From Mytilus edulis (lineage: Eukaryota): a stretch of 64,000 nt of DNA. Where the stretch lies: assembly GCF_963676685.1 (NCBI RefSeq), contig NC_092353.1, positions 46,004,001 to 46,068,000 of the forward strand, written 5' to 3'. The notes below the pieces were generated by a model. It was not told the DNA's origin and made no database searches. It saw nothing but the letters and a program-made list of their open reading frames with translations. A program made the translations under genes and the position numbers. Positions 27,428-40,533 of this stretch are shown here, in pieces; the first letter of the stretch is position 1; every line of letters begins with the position of its first letter.

Positions 27428-28713
27428 CAGGGCCGTAACTACATTGAGGCAAATGAGGCAAATGCCTCATGTTGAAAACTTCAAAAAAAAAAAACTGAAA
27501 CAAAAAAATTGTCTTCATATCAAATTGTGTTCACGGAAAGTGTCTTGCAAAAAGAAAGTTCTCTTCACTCTCTGCTGTCGTCCCTGCATGTTTTTCGTGA
27601 TCCATATTTCTATTTTACTTTTAGTTTTGTTTTCAGAGTTGATGGTCTATTGTTTAATTTTTTGTTATTCTGTGTCCCGGGTTTGTCTTTTGTTCATTTA
27701 TTGTCCTACTTTGTGACGATAGTCTGAGGGTTAATTTCCATTTGTAAACGTGTGGTTTTGCAATGTTGCATGTTAACCGATGTCCAGACATTGTGCGACA
27801 AAATATTTTAAGAATATATGATGCTACTGGACACAGAAAAAAATGGTCGTTTCTGCATGGGGCATTGAACATGATATCAAAGAATACAAAACTGACTCTT
27901 TTTGTAGATAAAACTAGACAGCTGACATGATTTAAATTAAAGTAAGACGACCAATTCCTTGGTATCAAATCATCTATAAAAAAAACATCACTGTATAACC
28001 ATATGACCTTTTACATTGAAGGATTAAACTTGCATTAAGTCTTGTTCAGACCCTTTAACAGAAAATAAAGGAATATGGAGAAAACATGCACGGGAACTAA
28101 TCTCACACAAAGTCAATGCATAGAAAAAATACAAATGACCAATGTTCAAAGTTTTTATTCCTGTTCTTCATCTTGATAGTAGACAGAGGGTCTTCAACAA
28201 TGAAAGAATCATTAATACCGTAAAACAAGGTAAAGATGGTTCTTAGTGTCGACTTAGGCAGTACTAGTACTTAAAGTATATTACTGCACTGTCACTATGT
28301 TTAAATCTAGTCATTATAAAATCACCAAAGTCTAAGCACAATACAAAACAAGAACAGACAGACAGTCCCGGTTTTTATGACTATGAGACTTACGATTTTT
28401 GCTTTATCCTACATATCGGTCTGCTATTAAATGATGTTGTCCCCGTAAAACCTAAAAGTCCCAAATTACAATGAATCTACGTTTTTGCTTTGAGACCAGC
28501 ATATTGTCGAAGAAAAAAATGGCTAAAATATTAATTGCGTTTCAATGTCAAAAAGAGTCAGGGAAACGCTCAGAATGCACGATTTTGCGTTATTTTTCTC
28601 AGAGCTTCTGGGGGCCTTAAGCAGCCCCCAGACCCCTCGCTGAAAAATTTCGCCTCGCTACGCTCGGCATATATATTTTGCCTCACTATTAATAGACGTT
28701 AGTTACGGCCCTG
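27428..28713. mobile_element. 1.3-kb non-autonomous TIR transposon
   Basis: TIR cagggccgtaacta / tagttacggccctg; TSD ATAAC; no transposase ORF. Confidence 0.88.
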
Positions 28714-28989
28714 ATAACAGCAAACATTCTTGACAAATGATGTTGACGGTAATTTTTTTGTGCATCATCGGAAGATAAAATGTTCACTTTAATCTTTCAT
28801 GTCTTTTAGACGACCAAAAAAAATTGATTAATAATTTAGAAGAATCATGTTTATTTATTTTAAAAAATGACTTTAATTTAAAATCTCTGATGAATCATGA
28901 TATGGATATTTTGACGAAACAGTAAAATTTCAACCAATTTGATGCAGGCTAATGGAAGCCAAAAATGACTGTTTGACACCTGACGGTAA

Positions 28990-29330
28990 AGGGCATTACT
29001 CATTAAAACTTTTTAAAAAACAGTGCAAGACGACACACAGACTTAATACTTTTTCAAATAGAGTAGTGGATCAGTGGAATAACTTGTCAGATTTAACAGT
29101 GACCGCAAAGACTTTGAATAATTTCATTAAATGGTGAAAATTGGAACCCATATAAATTCATATGTTTGTGTTAAGTGTTCAGCTGCGCACACCTAAACAA
29201 GTTTTTTTTTAATAAGTCTAATATATATAAATATATTATTATGAGATGAGAAATCACATAACGACAATCCAAGATGAGGGGTCAGTAGAAGCCGTTGACT
29301 TATGTAAGGACCTGAAGATAAAGATATAAC
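28990..29330 (+). mobile_element. CR1 LINE 3' end
   Basis: GHYSLKLFKKQCKTTHRLNTFSNRVVDQWNNL, then UTR and short aagata tail repeats. Confidence 0.8.
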
Positions 29331-30320
29331 GGTACTCTTTCATATGAAATTTCAAATTCTACACATTTTTGTATTTTAACAAAATCAAATACACATTTAT
29401 AGTTCAACTACTTGTACCATATGTTTATGTATATTTTTGCAAACTACGTCATACAAATTCACTGTTTGTAAATCTGCACTGCTTGAATTTTTGACGTTAT
29501 AAAACAACAATCACTTTTCAAGATGTGTTCTAATTACTGGAACCTTTGTGATGTTCAGTAAAGGTGGACACATTGTGATAAGGTGTATTGTATTTACATG
29601 TATGTAACCATTAACCTGTCAATAAAGGCTTTCCTACTATTAGTATTCTTAATGTATATAACGGAGCACATCCTCATGCATATCAATACAAAGATGAATA
29701 AACTGCCAAATCCAAATTATTTTTTATAGAATTTTGCCCCTTTATTATATAACATGGAAAACTACAATGTTAAAACTTTTTCTTTTCTGCACTCTTACTT
29801 AAGTTTGCTTCCTGTAAATGTTATGAAACTCATACACAATGCTATATATATATTTATAAGAACCAAACTTACAGACAGAGTATGAATTTGGGCAGTGAGT
29901 CATTTACCATTCTAGAGTTATGCCCCTTTATAACTTGGAAAATTGCAATTTTTCAGTTTTCGCAGGCTAACTTTAGTTTGCAGCATGCAAACATTATGAA
30001 ACTCTTATATATAATTACACAATTCTAAGAGCAACGATATGCAGATGGAGTTGGAATTTGGGAAGTGAGTCATTTACCGTTTTTTCAACTTGATAAAATG
30101 CAAAGTTTGAGCAGATTTATATTTCATGACAGTCCTCTGACACATTTTTCTTGTATTCATTCAGGGCTCACACTATTGTCATATCATTGTGGAACTTTAT
30201 AGCAGAGAAAGGACTTTCCCTTCCCTTCCATCAATTCCTTTGTTTTTTACTGTCAAAAGGCAATTAATCAAGTCTTCTTTGTTGTAAGCAAGTTTATGGT
30301 TTGATGTAACATCATTACAT

Positions 30321-30520
30321 GAGGGGGGCAGGAACTTTTTTGGGACGTCAGGATACAGTGTTTTTAAGTTCAGGATTTCGGGATTGACCATTTCAGGATC
30401 CGGGATTTCTTTTTTACGAAATTTCGGGATGGTGGGGATGGCGGGATATAATTTTTTTTAATTCAGGCTTTCATGTTTTTAAGACCTGGATTTTGGGATC
30501 AGGACCCCTCTGACCCCCTC
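30321..30520. mobile_element. MITE, GAG..CTC-terminus family with internal atcccgaaat motifs
   Basis: TSD TTACAT; homologous copies at 15627-15825, 35272-35463, 40616-40826 and 43446-43628. Confidence 0.85.
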
Positions 30521-31204
30521 TTACATCATTGTACATTAAAAGAAAAACAGAAAATAATTATTTATGTGTTACATGTAGGAAACAATAAGTTAAACCCTTC
30601 ATTGACCTGAAATATCTTCTGTCAAGGGAACATTGTTTTGTGCAATAATATTTGAGGTATTAAATAAAATAAAAACCAATAGACATGATAGAGTTCTTTT
30701 GAGTTTGTTGCATTTCCATCAAAAGCTTTGGTTTTTTAGTGAACATCATTTTTGGGTTTAGAGCATCGTCACTTCATTCCCATGTTGAGCAGGTGTTAGA
30801 AAAAAATTGATACTACATGCATATTGCAAGAATTATTTGACTTGCAAATCAAATTTTAACAATTGATTATTAGCAGTGCTGTCATTAGGGAGTTGTGATT
30901 AAGTACATACATACAGAACAAACATTCAGAGTTTGCGAAAAAGTGTCAGTCCTCAGGATTTTACCACCAAAATTTTGCATAGGACTGACACAATTTTAGT
31001 ATTTTGCAATAGAATTAGTAGTGAGGACCAGTAGATTTTCTTCAAGGACCACCAGGGAAAAAAAGATGTCGCGAACTCTGAACATTTCCCCTCTGTCTGG
31101 TTAATAATTGTTGAACTTTTCTGGTGAAGGACATAATTCCCAAATGGTCTATTATGTTTTATCATATGTTTTTCTTATGTTTCAGATTTAGGCGTAGTTT
31201 GTAG

Positions 31205-31615
31205 ATGTTAGCGATGCCTCACAAAAATACACTACCGCTGATTATCCTATTACATAACTTTCTAGTATCACTAAGTCAAAGCATTGGTAGTCCACCTGAA
31301 ATCATCACAATCGGAGGAGTACTGAGTTCTAAAATAGCACAGAACGAATTTGAAAAGTCTGTTAACAATTTGAATTTGTTAAATGGACGAATAAATCTGC
31401 ATTTTAATTCCACTTCTATTATCATGGACCCGAATCCTATTCAATCTGCTATAAAGTTGTGTGATAATGTTGTGTCACAGGGAGTTCAGGTCATGGTCGT
31501 GAGCCATCCACCAGGAGGTGACAGCCAGCCACCTATTTCAGTATCGTATACCTGTGGATTTTATCAGATACCTGTAATTGGAATATCAGCTAGAGACAGT
31601 GCTTTCTCTGATAAG
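31205..31615 (+). CDS. GRIN1: GluN1 coding exon 1 (signal peptide, ATD start)
   Basis: Acceptor ttcag before 31186, ATG at 31205, MLAMPHK...PISVSYTCGFYQIPVIGISARDSAFSDK, donor AAG|gtaatc; 411 nt, phase 0. Confidence 0.93.
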
Positions 31616-32747
31616 GTAATCATAGTATTTAAATGACAGCTTAGTAGAAAATAAAAAAAAAAACCCATTTATTTTTCAAAAACTAATTTCAATGTATGAA
31701 ACTTAACAAGGTTGTAAAATGGGTTGTAAGTTAATGGAAGTGAGTTCTTTCTTATTTAGGTTTAATATGTATTCAAAAATATAAAAGTTGTAAAATTGGT
31801 AAAATACCGTTTCTGTATATATTTAATGTTATTATTAACGATGATTAAAGTATAACTAAGGAGCTCAAGGGTACAAAAGTTTCAGCAAAAGTTAGAAAAA
31901 AAAATTTCATTACAAATTTTATTTATTTATTTATAAGTTGTTATTCTATCATATGGTACATAATTAACTAAATCTTATTGAAACTTTTAAAATGTATAGA
32001 TGTCATTGAAGAAGCTCCAAATTATCTCCCTTTGGTACAAAAATGCCATGTTTTTGCATCAAAATTGAAATATCTTTTTTAACTCATCGGTGATCTATAT
32101 TTTTAATTTGTTTTTTCAAATAAGCTGTACTCACACTAAACTATTTCAAAATCTAAGAGATTTCTGTAATTTAGTTCTCTTTTAATTTGGTATAACCTCT
32201 ATTTCTCTTTTTGGTTCAACAGAAAAAAAGTATCTGTACAAAAATGTATGCTTCTTTCAAAGGCAGATCGTGAGCTTAAAGAACGGTGAACCCATGTTTT
32301 TATTTTATTTTTCTATTAAGTATATTATAAAGTTCATTTATAGAAAAATATACTGAAATCCTATATTTAATTTAAAAAAAGAAATGATTTATACCTGTGA
32401 GCCTCTATAAAAGCATCTAAATACAAAAATAAAATGTTCTTAAAATATTAAATTGATTACATATTTTGGAATGATACTGGTACATATTTTTTATATACAT
32501 GTTAAACATACCAGTGCATGCATATATTAGGATTCTTATGGTTCATTATATATTATTTTGTCTACTTACATTTTGAATGCAGCTAGGTAAGAATTATCAA
32601 TAATCAGTGAATAATGCAATAATTTTTAACCAATAAATTTTGTTTATTTAGTCTTTTTTGGGGGAAATATCCTATATTTTGTATATTATCATGATTTTCA
32701 ATGTTTTTGACATATATGCAGTAATTTCAATTTATCTTTTATTTCAG

Positions 32748-32924
32748 AATGTGCATCCAACATTTCTTAGAACAGTACCACCGTATTTCCACCAAGCAGA
32801 TGTGTGGTTAGAATTGTTGAAGCATTACGGATGGAAGAAGGTTATCTTTATACACAGTATGGACGAAGAAGGAAGGATGATTCTCAGCAGGTTCCAAGCT
32901 CTGGCAGAAAAAGAAGATATTTCA
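32748..32924 (+). CDS. GRIN1: GluN1 coding exon 2 (ATD)
   Basis: atttcag|[20 protein letters not shown]...AEKEDIS|gtaaat; 177 nt. Confidence 0.95.
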
Positions 32925-33073
32925 GTAAATAATTGGACTATCCCTTTGCGAGTCCATGTTACTCTCCCTTGGAAATTCCTGGCTATGGGCCTGGAGCACA
33001 TTTATTTTCAAAAGCTTAATTCAACAAAATATGTAGATTGTATCCCTTATATACAGAACGTTTTTAAGGAGCA

Positions 33074-33236
33074 CACACAGTAGCCAGGGGGGTTAAGGGG
33101 TTTGTACACCCTCCCATTCCATGTAAACAAATATAAGCACTTAAAGTTTATGTTCTGTTTGAATTGTTACTGTTGAGTTGAGTTCGCGAGTCCATGTAAC
33201 ATGTAACCCCCTTGGAAATTACTGGCTATGGGCCTG
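33074..33236. mobile_element. MITE (related copy ~24710-24879; 3' end plus flank duplicated at ~32947-33016)
   Basis: tagccag / ctggcta TIR core; probable TSD GAGCA. Confidence 0.7.
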
Positions 33237-33582
33237 GAGCACATTCATTTTCAAAGGCATGTAGATTCAGAAAAAATACTTGTATCAGACTATAATTGAT
33301 CATAATTGGACTAAATGATTCATTTGTACAAATAAATGTCTAAAATTATTATTGTTTAGAATTTAATTAAATGACAAACAAATAAAACATTCACAAACAT
33401 CATGGCTATAGCTTTTAAAATAAGAATAAGAAATATTTTTGTTAGGATTTTATGCCTTTAGATGAAAAAAAATTACTAACAATAATTGAACCTTCAAAAC
33501 AACTGTTGGATACAAATCTTTTAGAATATTATTCAGACAAATTACCATAACGATTTAAACATTGCCGATTTTTTTTCTTCAG

Positions 33583-33683
33583 GTTGAAGAAACTATAAAA
33601 TATGAAGCAGGTGATAATAGCTTTGAATCACTCCTTACAGCTATACCATCATTTGAGTCCAGAGTTATACTTCTATCAGCTAC
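33583..33683 (+). CDS. GRIN1: GluN1 coding exon 3 (ATD)
   Basis: ttcttcag|VEETIKYEAGDNSFESLLTAIPSFESRVILLSA+ac|gtgagt; 101 nt, phase 2; not in the ORF track. Confidence 0.93.
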
Positions 33684-34585
33684 GTGAGTAATGAGAAATT
33701 ATCATACAAGCTCCCTACTTAATAGTTATAATAGTTATTTTGTTGAGTCAGGAATGTCATTGTTTTATTAGGTGCTCTAATGGTCAGATAAAACACTTCA
33801 ACTGATCAGCTGATTTTGGGTTTGACAATATATGTGTTTCAACTTTTATAATAACCTTCACGAGGCCTTGTTATGTTTAAAACCAATGTTTGGAAACCAA
33901 ATACAAAAAACGTTTTTGTACATAGCAATACCATAACACTCAAAACTGTCTAATATAAAAAAGAAGATGTGGTATGATTGCCAATGAGACAACTATCCAC
34001 AAAAGACCAAAATGACACAGACATTAACAACTATAGGTCACCGTACGGCCTTCAACAATGAGCAAAGCCCATACCGCATAGTCAGCTATAAGTCAACTTT
34101 TGTCATTTGTTTTTGGATTCTTTAATTTAATTTGGAACCTTAGTTTGAATACATTTACATTGTTTATAAAGCGAAGATTTACAATTCTTAATATATCATG
34201 ACGGTATCAACATCATGTACATTGCATTGAGTGATTGATTGTTGGTGTCTAACGTCACTTTCATCACACTAGGCAAGTAGGCTATATCACTCCAGCTAGA
34301 AGAATAGGTACCTAGACCTTTGGCAGGAAAACTGTCAATTCTAATCATTTCAGATAGTAGTTGAAAGAATTTTTGTGTTGACAGGCTTGTTAGCACTTAA
34401 GATAACCTTCACAGCCACCATACGCATACCATGTACAACAGCCACCATGTACAATGCAAGTCTGAAAAAACGTACAAGAAATCAAAACATAAAAAGAATT
34501 TGATGTTCAAACTATATACATTTCATTTTGTTCTTAATGTGAAGATTTGATAATGAACATACTGAACATGATCAATGTAATTATA

Positions 34586-34796
34586 TACTGTTAACCAACT
34601 TATTTTCATAGATATTTTATTTCGTGTTCAGCACTTTCTAGCCCACTTTGGGATGATTTAATTTCGCGATTTTCAAATTCACTTAATGTAGAAAGTTGAG
34701 GAAATAAATTTTCGCAACGATTTATATTCGCGTTATGTATCTTCTTGCGAAAGTCTTAAAATGAAATCGCTCGCGAAAATAAGTTGGTTTACAGTA
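34586..34796. mobile_element. Tc1/mariner-type MITE abutting the exon 4 acceptor
   Basis: tactgttaaccaacttattttc / gaaaataagttggtttacagta; a solo right end also at 54541-54562. Confidence 0.85.
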
Positions 34797-34812
34797 TCTG
34801 TTTATCTTACAG

Positions 34813-34925
34813 AAAAGAAGATGCTGAAAACATTTTTGAGGAAGCTTCAAAAAGGATTTTGTTGGGTGAAGGTTATGTATGGATAGTTAGCGAACAGGCA
34901 ATGAAGGCAACAAATGTTCCTGTAG
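34813..34925 (+). CDS. GRIN1: GluN1 coding exon 4 (ATD)
   Basis: cttacag|KEDAENIFEEASKRILLGEGYVWIVSEQAMKATNVPV+g|gtaagt; 113 nt. Confidence 0.94.
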
Positions 34926-34971
34926 GTAAGTGGTCAGACAGTAAACAAAGGTACAAATTAGTTTAAATATA

Positions 34972-35260
34972 TTTATTTATAGTGGATTGGGAAACAAGTT
35001 TTGCAACTTATATTAATCCCTTTCCACTTTGCAGGTGCGAGTGCTGCCTTGTAGCGGCATTAGCCCACTCTTTTTCGAAATTTACAAGGGTGTCTTTAAC
35101 GTGCAAGAGATATGGCTCTCTCTTAACACGGGTCAGCCATTTATCGTCCCCTTCCGACGGACTACCATCGTTTCCTCAAGACCATACTCGCAGATGGTGT
35201 CAAGGGAGAGCCGAAAATTGAGTTCCTGAAATTTTCATCCCAAACGGGAATGGAACCAGG
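34972..35260 (-). mobile_element. tRNA-derived SINE with Deu/Nin-like core, 5' truncated
   Basis: Decayed B box near 35245-35260; core tctttaacgtgca and tcgtccccttccgacggac; (taaa)n tail; a tail fragment also at 56610-56672. Confidence 0.7.
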
Positions 35261-35271
35261 TACAAATATCT

Positions 35272-35463
35272 GATGGGGTAGGAGGGGTCCAGATCCTGAA
35301 ATCCCGGGCTTAAAAAACATGAAATACAGAGTTCCTGAATTTAAATAAATTTAAATCCTGACATCCAGAAATTGAAAAAAAGAATTCCCAGATCCTGAAA
35401 GAGTCAATCCTAAAATTAGAAACACCTGATCCCTGAGTCCCGATAAAGGTCCTATCCCCCCTC
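35272..35463. mobile_element. MITE, same family as 30321
   Basis: TSD ATATCT. Confidence 0.85.
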
Positions 35464-35547
35464 ATATCTCCAAGGTAATATAAAAGCTTTTGCAATGAAT
35501 ATATTAGCCTATGGGCCAGTTTGAGGAGGGAGACTACCTTCTTTTCC

Positions 35548-37545
35548 TTTTTATACGACCGCAAATTTTGAAAAAATTTTCGTCGTATATTGCTATCACG
35601 TTGGCGTCTGCGTCGTCGTCGTCGTCGTCGTCGTCCGGCGTCCGAATACTTTTAGTTTTCGCACTCTAACTTTTGTAAAAGTGAATGGAAATCTATGAAA
35701 TTTTAACACAAGGTTTATGACCACAAAAGGAAGGTTGGTATTGATTTTGGGAGTTTTGGTCCCAACATTTTAGGAATTAGGGGCCAAAAAGGGCCCAAAT
35801 AAGCATTTTCTTGGTTTTCGCACTATAACTTTAGTTTAAGTTAATAGAAATCTATGAAATTTTGACACAAGGTTTATGACCACAAAAGAACGGTTGGGAT
35901 TGATTTTGGGAGTTTTGGTCTCAACAGTTTAGGAATTAGGGGCCAAAAAGGGCCCAAATAAGCATTATTCTTGGTTTTCGCACAATAACATTAGTTTTAG
36001 TAAATAGAAATCAATGAAATTTAAACACAATGTTAATGACTACAAAAGGAAGGTTGGTATTGATTTTGGGAGTTTAGGTCCCAACAGTTTAGGAATTAGG
36101 GGCCAAAAAGGGACCCAAATAAGCATTTTTCTTGGTTTTCGCACCATAACGTTAGTATAAGTAAATAGAAATCTATGAAATTTAAACACAAGGTTTATGA
36201 CCATAAAAGAAAGGTTGGGTTTGATTTTGGGAGTTTTGGTCCCAACATAATAAGGGGCCCAAAGGGTCCAAAATTAAACTTTTGTTTGATTTCATCAAAA
36301 TTGAATAATTGGGGTTCTTTGATATGCTGAATCTAACTGTCAATATATATGACTGTGTATGTAGATTCTTAACTTTTGGTCCCGTTTTCAAATTGGTCTA
36401 CGTTAAGGTCCAAAGGGTCCAAAATTAAACTAAGTTTGATTTTGACAAAAAATGAATCAGTTAGGTTCTTTGATATGCTGAATCTAAAAATGTACTTAGA
36501 TTCTTGATTATTGGCCCAGTTTTCAAGTTGGTCCAAATCGGGGTCCAAAATTAAACTTTGTTTGATTTCATCAAAAATTGAATAAATGGGGTTCTTTGAT
36601 ATACCAAATCTAACTGTGTATGTAGATTCTTCATTTTTGGTCCTGTTTTCAAATTGGTCTACACTAAAGTCCAAAGGGTCCAAAATTAAACTTAGTCTGA
36701 TTTTAACAAAAATTGAAATCTTGAAGTTCTTTGATATGCTGAATCCAAAAATGTACTTAGATTTTTTATTATGGGCCCAGTTTTCAAGTTGGTCCAAATC
36801 AGGATCTAAAATTATTATATTAAGTATTGTGCAATAGCAAGTCTTTTCAATTGCACAGTATTGCGCAATGGCAAGAAATATCTAATTGCACAATATTGTG
36901 AAATATCAAATTTTTTTTAATTAGAGTTATCTTTCTTTGTCCAGAATAGTAAGCAAGAAATATCTAATTGCAAAATATTGTGCAATAGCAAGATTTTTTT
37001 TTAATTGGAGTTATCTTTCTTTGTCCAGAATCAACTTAAATCTTTGTTATATACAATATACAATGTATATTCACTTTTTACTACCAACTGATAAATTAAA
37101 ATAATCTTTACCATTCAGTGATAACAAGCAGTTTTTTTACATCTTAATATTTTATGATGTATTTAAATGAGTAGTTATTGTTGCAAACTCCATTAGAAAT
37201 TTTAATTGAGATTAGTTTTGGAATAAGGGAAAGGGGGATGTGATTAAAAAAATGTTCAATTTTTCTCATTTGAAATTTCATAAATAAAAAAGAAAATTTC
37301 TTCAAACATTTTTTTGAGAGGATTAATATTCAACAGCATAGTGAATTGCTCTAAGAGAAACAAAAATTTTAAGTTCATTAGAACACATTTATTCTGTGTC
37401 AGAAACCTATGCTGTGTCAACTATTTAATCACAATCCAAATTTAGAGCTGAATCCAGCTTGAATGTTGTGTCCATACTTGCCCTAACCGTTCAGGGTTCA
37501 ACCTCTGCGGTCGTATAAAGCTACGCCCTGCGGAGCATCTGGTTT
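35548..37545 (+). mobile_element. Non-autonomous Helentron (HINE-type) carrying satellite arrays
   Basis: Sub-TIR tttatacgaccgca / tgcggtcgtataaa, (cgt)n microsatellite, ~160-bp units at 35656/35815/35975/36136, a second ~130-150-bp repeat, 3' hairpin, T-rich insertion site. Confidence 0.85.
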
Positions 37546-39338
37546 AATTTGAAATCTCCCTATATGGACTTATCTTTTGAGAGGAGTTTAAAACCTTCCT
37601 TTGCGACAAAACTTGTACTTTGATGCAACTTTGAGATGAAGAACAGTAATAATAGCACTGCTCCTTTAAATCTGCTATTGGTTTCATGCATTTATATGTT
37701 ATTTATATATATATAAATACCAGTCTTTCCATTTCAATATTTTTTTATTGCCTTTGTAATCAATTTGAACTGCCCTAAATAACGATTGTGTCTCTCTACA
37801 TATTCCGGCTTATAATTATTTTGGTCCCATTTTGAGAAAATATTTTATAGCCTTGTTTGTCATAACACTGCACTGATCATAAAATGTGATTATCAAATCA
37901 GATGATATAATTGCATCAGATGTAAGGCTTTTTGGTTCCATCAGAAGCACAATAATTCATTTACCAATACTGTATGCCGTCAGTGTATATATATGTATCC
38001 TATAAATAGTTGTATAGAAATGTTTAAACAGTTACACAAATGTACACATATACTTTCTATTTAGTCACAGTCATGACAGTGGTTTGTCTATATACCAAGA
38101 TTATTTTTAACAAATCAATTTCATCTGCAGATATAGGCATTGATTTTTCTCTTTTCTGCATTAAAATCAGATATTGTGATTGATATATGAGAGAAGGACA
38201 AAACTAATGAATTAGGTCAAATATCTCATATTTCATAATAAAATATGCGCTTTGAAATTAAGGTAGAATCATTTATTTTCATGGTCAAAATTTTTTGTTT
38301 TTTTTATGAAATTTTAATTTTTTGGATATTTGATTTCTTGGTTATGACTAAGGATGCATTTTTTTTATATATAGACTAGACCGTTGGTTTTCCTGTTTAA
38401 ATGGTTTTACAGGAGTAATTTTGGGGCCCTTTATAACTTGTTGTTTTTTGTGAGCCAAGGCTCTGCGTTGAAGGCCGTACTTTGACCTATAATGGTTTAC
38501 TTTTATGAATTGTTATTTGGATAGAGAGTTGTCTCATTGGCACTCACACCACATCTTCCTATATATATATACAAGCCTACAAGATTTTGTTAAACATTTA
38601 AATTTGTTTTTCACCTTTACCCTTGAAATCTACAAACCTAAGAATAAAAATGAATCAACAGTATCATAACTGTTTTAATGCATGTCCACTGACTTACACA
38701 AGGTGCTATTATTGTCTTAAAATAAGTCTTTCATACTAGCTATGTTACTCCAATACAAGCTTAACCAGTAAGTGCCTTGATTGAGAATTATAAGTGGTTC
38801 TTAATATAGATGAAGGAAAGGGGATATAAAACTATTATTAGGGATATTGGGATGAAGATCAAGGGATAAAAGGTATTGGGTCCCATTGAAATTTAAGAAG
38901 TGTATAATCTTGTATTGGTTTTTTAGTATAAATGTACCTTATACAATCTTGGTAGTAAAATCATATATTGTTGAATTGTCTATAAGTTTATAATGACCCA
39001 TCACTAAAAAATAGTGCAGTGATGGTTTTACTAACTTTATTTTTGCGATAATTTAGGATTTGGCCTTTATTTTTTCAGAGGAATTTAGATTTTTTCACTT
39101 ATTATAGAGACTTGAAGATTAAGGATTAATTTTCAGGATCCATGAGAGACACCCCTATTTTGCCCCTCTTCAATGTATATATGTTATCTAGTGTCTCCAC
39201 ACACAAATATATTTTGAACAAGTCAATTGTTGATGTAGATACTGTTATTTTCCTTTAACTGTACATTGTAGGATAATGATATGTTATTGAATAAAAGACC
39301 CTTTAGGATGTTTGCTACTCTGTTTCAAAATAACATGC

Positions 39339-39620
39339 TTTTTATGCCCCATTTATGGGCATTAGGTTTTCTGGTCTGTTTGTCTGTCCATTTGTCTGTT
39401 CGTCCGTTCGTTTGTCCCTCTTCAGGTTAAAGTTTTTGTTCAAGGTAGTTTTTGTTGAAGTTGAAGTCCAATCATCTTGAGACTTAGTACACATGTTCTT
39501 TATGATATGATCTTTCTAATTTAAATGACAAATTAGAGATTCTACCCCATTTTTACGGTCCACTAAACATAGAAAATGATAGTGCAGATGGGACATCCAT
39601 GTACTAGGGACACATTCTTT
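39339..39620 (+). mobile_element. Short HINE-type element
   Basis: ttttatgcccca start, (gtcc/gtct)n, single core unit; decayed relatives at ~6090-6503 (-), 8775-9050 (-), 29730-30150 and 59740-60220. Confidence 0.7.
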
Positions 39621-40346
39621 TTAAACGACTGTTATAGATTGATAATATATAGATAATGGAACTTAAAAAGAAGGAAAAATTATGGGTCTGTGTGTTTGTT
39701 TTTGAAATATAAGCCATTGAAAATTTGGCGGGAAATAATTCTCTCTAGATTTTTTATTCAATTAACATTGTCAGCATTTTTCTTTCAAAACCTATGAGAA
39801 AATAATAAGGATTTTGTAAGATTTTTAAATATTATGACTTTTAATACTATATGTGATAAAATTATGAAAAGAAAAGTAGGTCTCATTGAGCAAAATTTTT
39901 AATTGGCATTAGATGGATAAAACCTGAAGATTTTGAATATATAAATACAAGAGGAGCGAACAACCTTATTGATATACCAGTAACTTCAAAAAGAAACATA
40001 TATTGTAGCATTGTTTAGATCAAAGTTTTGAAAGAATTTTGCATTAGGAGGAACACATATATGTTAATGGAGTTATGATCATTTTCGATTCCAAAAGTGA
40101 TAGAAGAAAATTGTAGAAAAGTAGAAAAAAAAATGTTATGATGATAAGATGTTTATTTTATATAATATTGATGGTACCAAATGAAATGTTAAATTTATAT
40201 AATATTGATGGTACCAAATTCAGGGTATATAGAAGAAAAGCTTTGTGATAGAGAGAATAAAATTGATGAAAAGATGTAACTATGTTTGTTTTTATGTTAC
40301 TGAATTGAAGTACAAAAAATGCTATTTTTTTTTATATCTTTTTTAG

Positions 40347-40533
40347 GTGCACTTGGTTTAGAATTATTTAATGCAACAGCAGAAAATGTGCATATCAAAG
40401 ATGCTGTGACTATCATTGGCAAAACAATAAGAAGTTTGTTTAAAAACGACAACCTAACCACAGTCAGCGACGTCAGTAACAGTTGTAAAAATAGAAAGAG
40501 CAGTGGAGAAACCAGCGGCAAAATCATATACAG
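40347..40533 (+). CDS. GRIN1: GluN1 coding exon 5 (ATD)
   Basis: ttttag|(G)ALGLELFNATAENVHIKDAV...SCKNRKSSGETSGKIIY+ag|gttttg; 187 nt; phases match both neighbours; weak donor. Confidence 0.87.

Noticed and set aside
32925-33582. N1-like alternative cassette exon at the vertebrate position
   Set aside because: The intron is mostly a MITE and its local duplication; no convincing phase-0 cassette found
36182-36837. ORFs of 69-142 aa, plus similar ones at 57121-57607
   Set aside because: They lie within satellite units of Helentron-type elements
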